DNA of 64,000 nt from an uncultured virus (IMG/VR IMGVR_UViG_3300046171_000241) (taxonomy: Duplodnaviria > Heunggongvirae > Uroviricota > Caudoviricetes). The notes under the pieces were generated by a model, which saw only the letters and a program-made list of their open reading frames with translations, was not told the origin of the DNA and did not search any database. The DNA lies in the IMG/VR virus record IMGVR_UViG_3300046171_000241. The stretch is one strand, 5' to 3'. Below, one piece after another: positions 1 to 9,014 of this stretch; the first letter of the stretch is position 1; the number at the start of each line of letters is the position of its first letter. The position numbers and the translations under genes were made by a program.

Positions 1-139
1 CAGCACCAAGAAGTTTCTGACAGAAAGCAACACCGATGCTTTCAGTTTCAGTTCCGTTGGAATCGGATGTGTCATCGTTGCTCACAACAATGACTTGAGT
101 TACAACATTGTTTGAATCTAATTGTGCAAAATGAGCCAT
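1..139 (-). CDS. conserved phage hypothetical protein (partial, runs off window)
   Basis: Manual translation MAHFAQLDSNNVVTQVIVVSNDDTSDSNGTETESIGVAFCQKLLGA; late-promoter motif at 168-174 upstream. Confidence 0.75.
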   Translation of the reverse strand, partial: MAHFAQLDSNNVVTQVIVVSNDDTSDSNGTETESIGVAFCQKLLGA

Positions 140-167
140 CTTTTTATCTTTGACTAGTTGTTTTAGA

Positions 168-201
168 TATTTAGGATTATAGCAATCCTTTGGTTATTTA
201 T
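168..201 (-). promoter_or_regulatory. tandem T4-type late promoters flanking a short hairpin
   Basis: ATAAATA-N5-AGGATTgctatAATCCT-AAATA; a similar 34-bp element lies at 4420-4453. Confidence 0.6.
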
Positions 202-1226
202 CAAGAAGTTGGATATCTGATAACAACGATACCAGATCCACCATTACCACCAGTTGTAGCACCAGGGTGGAATCCACCACCACCGCCTCCACCAGTATTG
301 GTAGTTCCAGGAACACCTGCTGTTGGTGAAGATCTACCAGCACCACCGCCACCTGCTCCACCAGATCCAGCACTTACATTATATCCACCACCGCCACCAC
401 CACCAGCAAACCATCCATCTCCAGATGGTCCAGGTGTGCCAATCGGTGAGGGATTACCTGCGATTAAGACTTGAACTCCGACTCCGCCAGGTCCAGCATT
501 ACTACCGCCATCTGTACCAGCACCACCGGCACCACCACCGCCAGCGCCTGATCTATTTCCTGGAAATGCTCCAGTTCCTCCATCAAATCCTTCTCTTGTA
601 GGTGCTGGAAAACCTCCCGCATTACCAGTACCACCATCATAGTTTGGTGCATTAGGGCCAGTGCGACCGGCACCACCTCCACCAGAACCACCAGGTCCAC
701 CATTAGTGCCTGTACCCCAAGGTGCAGGTTGTTCACCAGGATGACCACCGCCACCTCCACCAGTGGCAGTAATAGTGTTTGTTTCTGGAGAGTTAGGATC
801 GATGGATGAATTTGCTCCAGCAACTCCAGGCATCCCAGGTGGAGTGGCATATTGTCCACCAGCCCCTACAACAACAGTCGTATTTCCTGGTTGTACGTTT
901 ACTGGATCACCTGCTCTTGGATGTCCTGAAAGATTTGTTCTTAAACCTCCGGCACCACCGCCACCACCATATTGAGCAGAACCACTACCACCACCAGCAA
1001 CAACTAGGTATTCAACTTCACCTCCACCTGAGGATACATTAAGAGTGGCAGGTCCCGTGCTCGTATAAATGTGAACTTTATATCCAGAAATCGTTAATGT
1101 ACTATCACCACCAGTAGCAGAAATTGGTCCTGAAACAAGACCTGGCGCATCACTTACCGCATCAGTTCCACTGCGATAAAAATCGTCAATAAAAGATTGT
1201 GTTGGATTAGTAGAACGGACGCCCAT
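201..1226 (-). CDS. glycine-rich virion/adhesin-like protein (tip)
   Basis: YKVHIYTS..VEYLVVAGGG, many GGGGG runs, C-terminal GGSGIVVIRYP. Confidence 0.75.
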   Translation of the reverse strand: MGVRSTNPTQSFIDDFYRSGTDAVSDAPGLVSGPISATGGDSTLTISGYKVHIYTSTGPATLNVSSGGGEVEYLVVAGGGSGSAQYGGGGGAGGLRTNLSGHPRAGDPVNVQPGNTTVVVGAGGQYATPPGMPGVAGANSSIDPNSPETNTITATGGGGGGHPGEQPAPWGTGTNGGPGGSGGGGAGRTGPNAPNYDGGTGNAGGFPAPTREGFDGGTGAFPGNRSGAGGGGAGGAGTDGGSNAGPGGVGVQVLIAGNPSPIGTPGPSGDGWFAGGGGGGGYNVSAGSGGAGGGGAGRSSPTAGVPGTTNTGGGGGGGFHPGATTGGNGGSGIVVIRYPTS

Positions 1227-1246
1227 TTTATAACTTTTTTAGATAT

Positions 1247-2086
1247 TTATCCTACATCAACGTTAGTAAGTTGATCTCCAGAGGAATAACCGTTTGATGT
1301 CCAGTTAGTGCCAGAAGATAAGGAATTGGTTCCAAAATTACTATTGTTAGCATATTTGAAAGCAAAACCACCTGACCATGTGGTATCATCTTCACCACTT
1401 ATGACAGTATCAAATGACACAGGATTTCCAGATGCAGTTATAAATTGATCAGCATCATATCTTTTAGTGTGTGCGAGATAAGTATCAGCCCATTTCATGT
1501 CAGTTGTGTATGCATCAGTATATCCATTTCTTCCAACAAAACTATCATTACTACCATCAGCAAAAGTTGTATCCTGGTTTTGTGCGGGCCATGAAGAAGA
1601 TGTAATACTCACCGCAGATCCATCTAAAAAGTAACGGATCCTATCACTATCCGTTGATTGAGTGCTATCATAATTCATCATTACATGATGCCAGTTGCCA
1701 TCCATGGCATCTGTCGCACCTGTATTGGTAGTAAATGTTCCGTACTGAGCACTAAATTCATATTGATATGCTTCAAGTTGTCCATTAGAGTTGATTCTAA
1801 AATTGAAGTGATTATTATTAGAACCTAAGGCACCGAGTAACCAAAGTGTTGAACTTGTATCTTTTTTAAACCAAGTGGCAAAAGTCCATTTTCTTCTTCC
1901 TGAGGTAGAGGCAGCATAATTTCTATCTAAGTAATCTGTATTACCACTAGAAGATTGATCTAAACCAAATGGAATGATAGAACTCTCTGGAGCGGGACCA
2001 CCAGCACCCACCGCATCCTTTCCTGTTCTCGCATAAAAGTCATCAAATGCGGATCGTATATTTCCTAGCGAACGAAGTGGTGCCAT
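1247..2086 (-). CDS. LamG/concanavalin A-like lectin domain protein (tip)
   Basis: WTFATWFK, DGNWHHVMM, RIRYFLDG motifs; N-terminus resembles those of the neighbouring Gly-rich proteins. Confidence 0.75.
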   Translation of the reverse strand: MAPLRSLGNIRSAFDDFYARTGKDAVGAGGPAPESSIIPFGLDQSSSGNTDYLDRNYAASTSGRRKWTFATWFKKDTSSTLWLLGALGSNNNHFNFRINSNGQLEAYQYEFSAQYGTFTTNTGATDAMDGNWHHVMMNYDSTQSTDSDRIRYFLDGSAVSITSSSWPAQNQDTTFADGSNDSFVGRNGYTDAYTTDMKWADTYLAHTKRYDADQFITASGNPVSFDTVISGEDDTTWSGGFAFKYANNSNFGTNSLSSGTNWTSNGYSSGDQLTNVDVG

Positions 2087-2106
2087 ATGACTTTTTTAGA
2101 TATTTA

Positions 2107-3183
2107 TCAGGTTGAGTATCTAATAATCACAATACCAGAACCACCTGCGCCACCAGTTGCGCTCATTCCTGACGAACCACCACCGCCTCCACCAGTTCCA
2201 TATACTCCTGCACCACCATTAGTGCCCGGATTACCACCAGAAGCACCATTACCACCACCACCTGGTCCGCCAGGTTGTTGGTTGTTACCTTGACCTCCTC
2301 CCTCAGATCCTCGTCCACCTCCTCCTCCAAAAAGACCAGTGGGTCCAACAGCAGACTGAAATGCCGATTGTTCTGGTGAAGGAACTCCTGGACTTATTAC
2401 AGGACCAGGGAAGTTAGTAAATGGTCTCCCATCTCCTCCTTTTCCTTGTGTTCCTGATGTACCACCGGCACCACCACCACCTCCAGCATCATAACTTGGT
2501 GGACCAGTAGAACTCTGGCCAGCATTTCCATATCCAGTCGCACCGTTCATCGGATTCTGTGTCGATGCACCACCAGGTCTTCCTGGTTCATCACCAGTTG
2601 ATCCACCGGAACCGCCAGGTAAACCACCACCTTGATATGGGTTGGATCCTGGAGGAGCGTTTTGATAAACAAGTGGTTGAGTCCCAGAACCACCATTTCT
2701 TCCTAATGGGAATCCACCACCACCACCATCTGCAGTGTATCCGTTTGGAGTGGATGGAGGTCCAAAGTATGAATTGCTACCATTTGCGCCATATGTTGCC
2801 GTTCCATTACCAGGTCCAGGTCCAGGTAAAGCACCTGCTCCACCAGATCCTACAGTTACGGGATAAGTTCCGGGTGTCACAGCAAGTCCTGGATGATGAA
2901 GTACACCTCCAGCACCTCCACCTCCACCATGTTGAGTTCCTGCTCCACCACCCCCAGCAACTACTAATATCTCTATGTCATCAGATCCACTGGATACTAC
3001 AAAGTTATCAGAATTAGGATAATCAAATACATGATAAATGTAACCACCACTGGGTATTTTAGTTCCACCACTTGCAGTAATTGGAGTTGGTGGTGCTACA
3101 TAAGGATTTACTGCCTCTAATCCAGTTGTTCCGAACTTATATCCGAAACTTGCTAGTGCGTTACCAAGAGATCTTAAACCCAT
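2107..3183 (-). CDS. glycine-rich virion/adhesin-like protein (tip)
   Basis: YIYHVF, IEILVVAGGG, C-terminal GGSGIVIIRY. Confidence 0.75.
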   Translation of the reverse strand: MGLRSLGNALASFGYKFGTTGLEAVNPYVAPPTPITASGGTKIPSGGYIYHVFDYPNSDNFVVSSGSDDIEILVVAGGGGAGTQHGGGGGAGGVLHHPGLAVTPGTYPVTVGSGGAGALPGPGPGNGTATYGANGSNSYFGPPSTPNGYTADGGGGGFPLGRNGGSGTQPLVYQNAPPGSNPYQGGGLPGGSGGSTGDEPGRPGGASTQNPMNGATGYGNAGQSSTGPPSYDAGGGGGAGGTSGTQGKGGDGRPFTNFPGPVISPGVPSPEQSAFQSAVGPTGLFGGGGGRGSEGGGQGNNQQPGGPGGGGNGASGGNPGTNGGAGVYGTGGGGGGSSGMSATGGAGGSGIVIIRYST

Positions 3184-3185
3184 AA

Positions 3186-3590
3186 TCAGACATCAGTGTC
3201 GCCGTTGACAATAAAGTTCACGGCAGAACCAATACCAGTTCCGCCTGCATCTGGTGCCGAAACTTCTACTGTAAGACTATCCCTATCTGTCATTACAATC
3301 GGATATGTTGATTCAAAAAATGCTGTTTCGTTTGGTGCAAGGTCCAGTCTCAAGAATCTATTTGCTGTTACTCCATAACCTGTAATAACTGGTGTAGTGC
3401 TTGGGTTAATATATGCAGAAACCCTAGCAGTACCAAGACCAGTGTTATGCATAATAATGTTTTTCATGTATGTGGTTGATGCAATACCAACCCCACCTGC
3501 AGTCTGTGTTACTCCAACAGTAAGAATTCCAACTGTTGATATGCCAGTAACAGAGACAATATCTAATAATTGTGTCTTTTTAAGCGCCAT
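3186..3590 (-). CDS. small fibre adaptor-like protein
   Basis: 134 aa; clear paralogue of 13928-14335 (GILTVG.TQTAGGVGIASTTY..MHNTGL, C-terminal GDTD). Confidence 0.7.
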   Translation of the reverse strand: MALKKTQLLDIVSVTGISTVGILTVGVTQTAGGVGIASTTYMKNIIMHNTGLGTARVSAYINPSTTPVITGYGVTANRFLRLDLAPNETAFFESTYPIVMTDRDSLTVEVSAPDAGGTGIGSAVNFIVNGDTDV

Positions 3591-3609
3591 CTTACTGTTT
3601 TTCCTTTAT

Positions 3610-4401
3610 TTAGATGAATAAACAAGCAGTGATATCATTAGAATCGCCACTAGCAGGAAGATCTGTTAAATTTTCACCTGAACCAACAAAGGATGTTGCA
3701 GTGACTACACCAACAGCATTTATACCACCAGCAAGGACTCTAATTCCCTGTCGTGCAGTGATAACACCAACAGAATCAACGTTTGTTACATCTTCATATG
3801 TTAATGTTCCGCCAATAGAAACATTACCTGTAAAAGATCCTGTAGTTCCTGTAACATTACCTGACAAATTGCCACTAAATGTCGTAGCAGTAGCAACTCC
3901 AGTAACAACTACTCCTGTCTGGAATGTTGGAGCACCAGTTCCTGCTTTATTAGTAAATAGATCTGCTCTAATTCTACCACCAGCACCTGCTAATGGTGTG
4001 ATGCCTGTTGTTGATAAACCAAGAACATCAGGAATAAACTCATCACCATCAGAAACAATGAAATCTATACCATCATCAACAGCAATCTCTTGATATTGTG
4101 TATATGAAACATTTGCTGAACTTGGATGATCAATTGTTATGTCAGTATTAATACCAAGAACGGTATTTGTATAATAAATGACATCACCTGGAGCAGTATC
4201 GCTTATAGCAGTACCAAGTCCAGCACTTGCTACACCATCAAGATTAGAACCATCACCATAGAATGCCGTCGCACTAACAATACCAGCAACGTTTAACTTT
4301 GCTGTAGGATCAGTTGATCCAAGACCAACTCTATTGCTAGACGCATCTACAGTAAAGTTAGTTGGGCTTGATAATCTTGATAAGTCGCGTGCTCTTGACA
4401 T
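3610..4401 (-). CDS. tail fibre stalk-like protein
   Basis: RVGLGSTDP, VVTGVATATTFSG, GGTLTYEDVTNVDSVG and SFVGSG repeats shared with other stalk genes. Confidence 0.7.
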   Translation of the reverse strand: MSRARDLSRLSSPTNFTVDASSNRVGLGSTDPTAKLNVAGIVSATAFYGDGSNLDGVASAGLGTAISDTAPGDVIYYTNTVLGINTDITIDHPSSANVSYTQYQEIAVDDGIDFIVSDGDEFIPDVLGLSTTGITPLAGAGGRIRADLFTNKAGTGAPTFQTGVVVTGVATATTFSGNLSGNVTGTTGSFTGNVSIGGTLTYEDVTNVDSVGVITARQGIRVLAGGINAVGVVTATSFVGSGENLTDLPASGDSNDITACLFI

Positions 4402-4468
4402 CTTATCTGCTTTTTTAGTTATTTAGGACTGCAATAATCCTCTAGATATTTATTAGGGATTATGACTG

Positions 4469-5061
4469 CTAGGAAAAATGCGATATACCGCCACAATCAT
4501 TGTCTAACATACATTTAGTAATGTCTAAGTTAAAGTTAAAGAAATAATTGTTTTTCTCTTGTCTTTATTGTGAGTGGCTCGATGTATCCAAAGACTTGGG
4601 AAAACAATAATGTCCCCCTCCTTTACATTTATTTTTCTTTTTCTATTTGAAAATGGAGACACTATCTCTGTCTGAGCAGAACCCCTAGGAAATTCTAAGT
4701 AATATACTCCAGTAAGTTGAGATCTATGAATGTGCCATCCATGAGAATCATTTTTTTCATACTGCTGAAACCAAACATCCTCAACATCTAAGGGAGCATC
4801 ATAGTTGGACTCCCTCATCAGTTTTTTAACACTTAACTCAAAATTGGGGTAAAAAAGTTTATACCAATCTCTATCTTTTTTGTCATTATAATTCCAATCA
4901 CATCTTGAGATATTACTCCCCCATTTTGTAGATGGATCTCTGTTGTCTTTTATGGTCTCTTGATATGGAGTTTCATTTATCAGTTTTAATAATCTATCTT
5001 TTATAATGCCATGATCATTTAACTGCATTTTGTAAATGCATGCATCAAATTTTATTTTCAT
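4469..5061 (-). CDS. putative 2OG-Fe(II) oxygenase
   Basis: WFQQY..HGWHIH..LTGVYY..GDIIVFPSLWIH..RKTIIS; ORF track ends at 4525, but one extra T near 4540 restores IISFNFNL and a stop at 4469. Confidence 0.8.
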
Positions 5062-5076
5062 ATCAAAATAATATTA

Positions 5077-6159
5077 TTATTCAGGATAATAGAAGAAAGC
5101 AATACCAGATCCACCACTTGATGCACCTGGGTGTTGAGGACTTGTGCCACCACCGCCACCACCTCCGGTGTTGGCTTGTCCATCTGTGTTATAGATCGAT
5201 GGATTCCCATGGACATTTCCTTGTCCACCACCACCATATCCACCCACCCCTTGTGGACCACCTTTTGGTCCAGGAGTGGTTAGATCGTGCATACGCGCTC
5301 CTCCTCCACCGGCAAAGTACCATCCACCAGGACTTGGTGCTCCAGGTGCTGGATCTCCTTTAACGGATGAAGGTTGAGAAGGATCTCTAAAAACTACAGG
5401 CAATTGAATACCAATACCACCATCGATGTTATCGGAAGCACCTGCACCTGCACCACCACCTGCGCCTCCACCAATACCTGGTGTTCCATCAATACCTACT
5501 GCTCTGGATCCTGTACCTCCTTGTGTTGGATCAATCGGGTTTACCTGAGCAGATTCAGGTCTTCCTCCTCTTGCTCCGCCAGCAGATCCACCTCTACCAC
5601 CAGATGATTGGGGAACAGGGAATGTTCCGGGACCAGTGTTACCCTCTTGTCCACCTGCACCACCTCCAAGTGCTCTGACGCTGTTTCCTGCAGGTCCAGC
5701 ATAATATGTGTCAAATCCATTGCCACCTGAATGACCTCCATATGGAGGATTATCTGGTTGTCCCGCATTACCAGTTGGTCCTCCAGCACCAATCGTGACA
5801 CCTACACTTTGCCCAGGAGTCATGTCTAAATCACTTCTGGTCGCAGGCATTATACCAGGAATGGAGGTGACAACACCTCCAGCACCACCACCTCCACTGT
5901 TATCATTAGCACAACCACCGCCACCACCAATTAAAACATACTTAATCCCCGACGCTGCATTACTGCTAGCAGGGCAGCTTAATGTTCCAGGTGAAGTAAA
6001 AACGTGAATCTTATATCCATTATTGGTGTACTCTACATTACCTCCACTAAGTGATATTCCTGAGCCAGAGGCTCCATCACCGCCACCTGAACCAAAACCA
6101 AATCTATATCCAGTAAAGAGTGGTTTTTCTTTCTTGTTAAAGTCGTTGAAGATACCCAT
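5077..6159 (-). CDS. glycine-rich virion/adhesin-like protein (tip)
   Basis: YKIHVFTSPG, IKYVLIGGGGG, C-terminal GGSGIAFFYYP. Confidence 0.75.
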   Translation of the reverse strand: MGIFNDFNKKEKPLFTGYRFGFGSGGGDGASGSGISLSGGNVEYTNNGYKIHVFTSPGTLSCPASSNAASGIKYVLIGGGGGCANDNSGGGGAGGVVTSIPGIMPATRSDLDMTPGQSVGVTIGAGGPTGNAGQPDNPPYGGHSGGNGFDTYYAGPAGNSVRALGGGAGGQEGNTGPGTFPVPQSSGGRGGSAGGARGGRPESAQVNPIDPTQGGTGSRAVGIDGTPGIGGGAGGGAGAGASDNIDGGIGIQLPVVFRDPSQPSSVKGDPAPGAPSPGGWYFAGGGGARMHDLTTPGPKGGPQGVGGYGGGGQGNVHGNPSIYNTDGQANTGGGGGGGTSPQHPGASSGGSGIAFFYYPE

Positions 6160-6174
6160 ATTAGTTTCCTCTTA

Positions 6175-6999
6175 TCAAATACCTACGTTACCAAATCTAA
6201 AACTACCATTATTGGTTACATAGACCTTATAACTTAACAAGTCTGTCTTTGTTCCACCGTTATAGTGAACGAAGAATGAAACAAAATCAACATCACTTGC
6301 AGTGCTAGAAAGAGTAATTGTAGTTGCAGATCCAACTAAACCAGCAGTAGACATACCAGCAACACCTGCTGGAGCAACTACACAATGTGTTCCAATACCT
6401 GCGGTCGCTGTAGTATTACCAATTCCACTCGCAGGAGTAGTTGAGTTTTGAGTAAAGAGAACAGTTACAGTTGATCCATTCTCTCTATCGGCAGGCATAT
6501 TCTTGAATGAAACAATGCCAATGTTACCTGCGGCTGGCATTGAGTAACGATAAGTGGTGGAGTTAGTAACATCTAACTCAAGAACCATATCATTGCCACT
6601 GTTATATGTTGTTGCTGCTGCAACCTTCTCAACAACTCCAGAAACATGAAGATCGCTATGGAAAGTAGAAACACCTGTTGCAGTAATACCTGCACCCAAT
6701 ACTGCAATACCTGCTCTTGCAGTTATAAGACCAACCGAATCTACATTAGTTACATCTTCATAAGTTAATGTTCCACCAATAGAAACACTACCACTAAAAG
6801 AACCTGTTGTGCCAGTAACTGATCCAACAGTAATGTTTGGAGTTCCACTCAATCCACCAGCAGTCCCACTGGCATTACCAGTAAGGTTACCACTAAAAGT
6901 GGTGGCAGTGGCAACACCAGTTATAACTGCTCCATTAGGAAACAGAGGAGCACCCGTGGCTGCTCTATCAACAATTCTATCAGCTCTAATTCTGGACAT
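6175..6999 (-). CDS. tail fibre stalk protein with C-terminal docking-type domain
   Basis: GAVITGVATATTFSG and TYEDVTNVDSVG repeats; C-terminal domain resembles the ends of 22129-22968 and 27091-33042. Confidence 0.7.
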   Translation of the reverse strand: MSRIRADRIVDRAATGAPLFPNGAVITGVATATTFSGNLTGNASGTAGGLSGTPNITVGSVTGTTGSFSGSVSIGGTLTYEDVTNVDSVGLITARAGIAVLGAGITATGVSTFHSDLHVSGVVEKVAAATTYNSGNDMVLELDVTNSTTYRYSMPAAGNIGIVSFKNMPADRENGSTVTVLFTQNSTTPASGIGNTTATAGIGTHCVVAPAGVAGMSTAGLVGSATTITLSSTASDVDFVSFFVHYNGGTKTDLLSYKVYVTNNGSFRFGNVGI

Positions 7000-7076
7000 T
7001 ATTCTAGAATCTTTTTTACTTATTTATGCTATCTTGTGCTGTACTCAAAATATACTCAAATCCAGAAAAGTGTCAA

Positions 7077-8216
7077 TTAATTAAACACAATTGTACCGCT
7101 GGTAGTACCGGTTTCATCCGCAGTAATAATTGCATAATGTGTATCATCATCACCAGTGTTAGCAGTGTAAGTATTAGCAAGTGGTCCTCTTGGTGAAGGC
7201 ACAGAGATTGTTGCAGTTGCAAGTGATGGATATTGAATGTAAATCACACCACCACCACCTTCTTTACCAACATTAGGATTGCCAATAACTTGACCGCCAC
7301 CTCCACCACCGGCACCACGACCATGCACACCTGGTGTTGCTGATATATCATCACGATTTCTGTTAGCACCGTCTCCTCCGCCGCCAGGTCCACCATAACC
7401 CTCACTAGCGCGACCTATTTCTGCTCCACCGCCGCCTCCACCACCGAAGGTTCTGAGATTAGCATCAGGTAATGATACTGGAAGTCCAATAAATGTAGAG
7501 GGGAAGTTAGATCCTTTCATGAATGCTGATGGGAACATCGGTGCTGGTGCTTCTTTACCATTACCACCAGGTCCGCCACCATCACCATTAGGATCACCAC
7601 TTCCGGGTGACCGACCATTAGCACCATTACCTCCTACACCACCACCGCCACCACCGGTGTTACCTTGTGGGAAACCTGCGGTGCTAGAATTACCACCAGT
7701 GTTTCCACCAAATACATTAGGGTCTGGCGCAGCGTTATCACCAGATGCACCATTAGTGGTAGCATTAGGATTTGATCCACCACCGCCACCACTTCCACCA
7801 AGTGCAGCTGCAGGAGATCCAGGAGTATTAGGTGCAGCACCCTTGCCACCAGCACCACCAGCACCTGCTTTTTGACCGCTATCGGTATTGAAGAATGAAT
7901 ATACTCCACCATTACCATTACTTGGATATGATGGTGATCCAGCACCAGAATTACCAACCTGGAAAGGATAAGGAGATCCTATTGTAACAGCAAATGTAAA
8001 TATTGCCATACCACCGGCACCTCCGCCGCCACCACCTTGATATGAACCACCACCACCTCCACCACCCATCATGACGATATTGGCGGTGAATGGATTAGCA
8101 GCTGTTGGAATAAATCTACTACTCTGAAGATCACCTCTCAGTGACATGTCAGTTTCTTTATAAACGCCAAGAAGTTTACCTACACTTCTCGCAAGCGTTG
8201 TCTTAAATGGTGCCAT
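7077..8216 (-). CDS. glycine-rich virion/adhesin-like protein (tip)
   Basis: IVMMGGGGGGG, polyglycine runs, GGGGVIYIQYP. Confidence 0.75.
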   Translation of the reverse strand: MAPFKTTLARSVGKLLGVYKETDMSLRGDLQSSRFIPTAANPFTANIVMMGGGGGGGSYQGGGGGGAGGMAIFTFAVTIGSPYPFQVGNSGAGSPSYPSNGNGGVYSFFNTDSGQKAGAGGAGGKGAAPNTPGSPAAALGGSGGGGGSNPNATTNGASGDNAAPDPNVFGGNTGGNSSTAGFPQGNTGGGGGGVGGNGANGRSPGSGDPNGDGGGPGGNGKEAPAPMFPSAFMKGSNFPSTFIGLPVSLPDANLRTFGGGGGGGAEIGRASEGYGGPGGGGDGANRNRDDISATPGVHGRGAGGGGGGQVIGNPNVGKEGGGGVIYIQYPSLATATISVPSPRGPLANTYTANTGDDDTHYAIITADETGTTSGTIVFN

Positions 8217-8219
8217 GTA

Positions 8220-8581
8220 TCAAGCCTCCTTATCTCCAGTAATCATAAAGTTTACGTGTGTTGCTGCAACTCCAGTGACATTTCCTGTTCCGACTTGCAG
8301 ACTATCACCAGTCGTATCTAACACAAGAGGATATGATGGTTCGATTAATACTGTTTCTCCTGCTTGAACATCAACATCAAAGATTTTATTTGTTGATGCA
8401 CTACTAATACCTGTAGGACAGAAATAAACTTGTGCGGTTGCAGTGTTTATTCCAGTTCCAGCAGCATGACAAATGATTGATTTATATAAACTTTCTTAGA
8501 AGAAGCAACAGTTATGATAGCAGAAGTACTACCTGCAGCAACTCTAAGAACATTACTTAATTTTCCCCTTTCCAGTGCCAT
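8220..8581 (-). CDS. small fibre adaptor-like protein (missed by ORF track; one-base frameshift near 8483)
   Basis: Reads MALERGKLSNVLRVAAGSTSAIITVASSKKVYI then KSIICHAAGTG..ETVLIEPSYPLVLDTTGDSL..VNFMITGDKEA; homologous to 3186-3590. Confidence 0.75.
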
Positions 8582-8608
8582 GACTTCTCTTTTTAGTTAT
8601 TTAGTAAA

Positions 8609-8989
8609 TCAACCACCACTGTATAACCAGGTGTCGAATTGATTCCAACTCTCAACACCAGATAACCCTGAACCATCACCAACAAATGATGTAGCAGTGA
8701 CGACTCCTGCTTGACTAACAGTGAATGCTGTTCCTACTAAAGTTAGTTCACCACCAGTAATCTTAACACCAGATTGTGCAGTAACAATACCAACAGAATC
8801 AATGTTAGTTACATCTTCATATGTAAGGACACCACCAACTGATACATTACCAGTAAATGTTGCCGCAACACCAGTTACATTACCACTAAAAGTAGTTGCA
8901 GTTACAATTCCAGTGACAACTGCTCCAGATGGTGCTCCAATAGCACCACCCGTTCTATTCTTTATATTGTCAACGAATAACTGTGACAT
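8609..8989 (-). CDS. short tail fibre stalk-like protein
   Basis: MSQLFVDNIKNRTGG, GAVVTGIVTATTFSG, TYEDVTNIDSVG. Confidence 0.7.
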   Translation of the reverse strand: MSQLFVDNIKNRTGGAIGAPSGAVVTGIVTATTFSGNVTGVAATFTGNVSVGGVLTYEDVTNIDSVGIVTAQSGVKITGGELTLVGTAFTVSQAGVVTATSFVGDGSGLSGVESWNQFDTWLYSGG

Positions 8990-9014
8990 CTTAGTCTACT
9001 TTTTAGGTATTTAG

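Noticed and set aside
7049..7076. Early promoter TTGACA..TATATT before 6175-6999
   Set aside because: Spacer is 16 bp with a weak -10, and a late motif lies at 7021-7027; it may be a relic but is not supportable.
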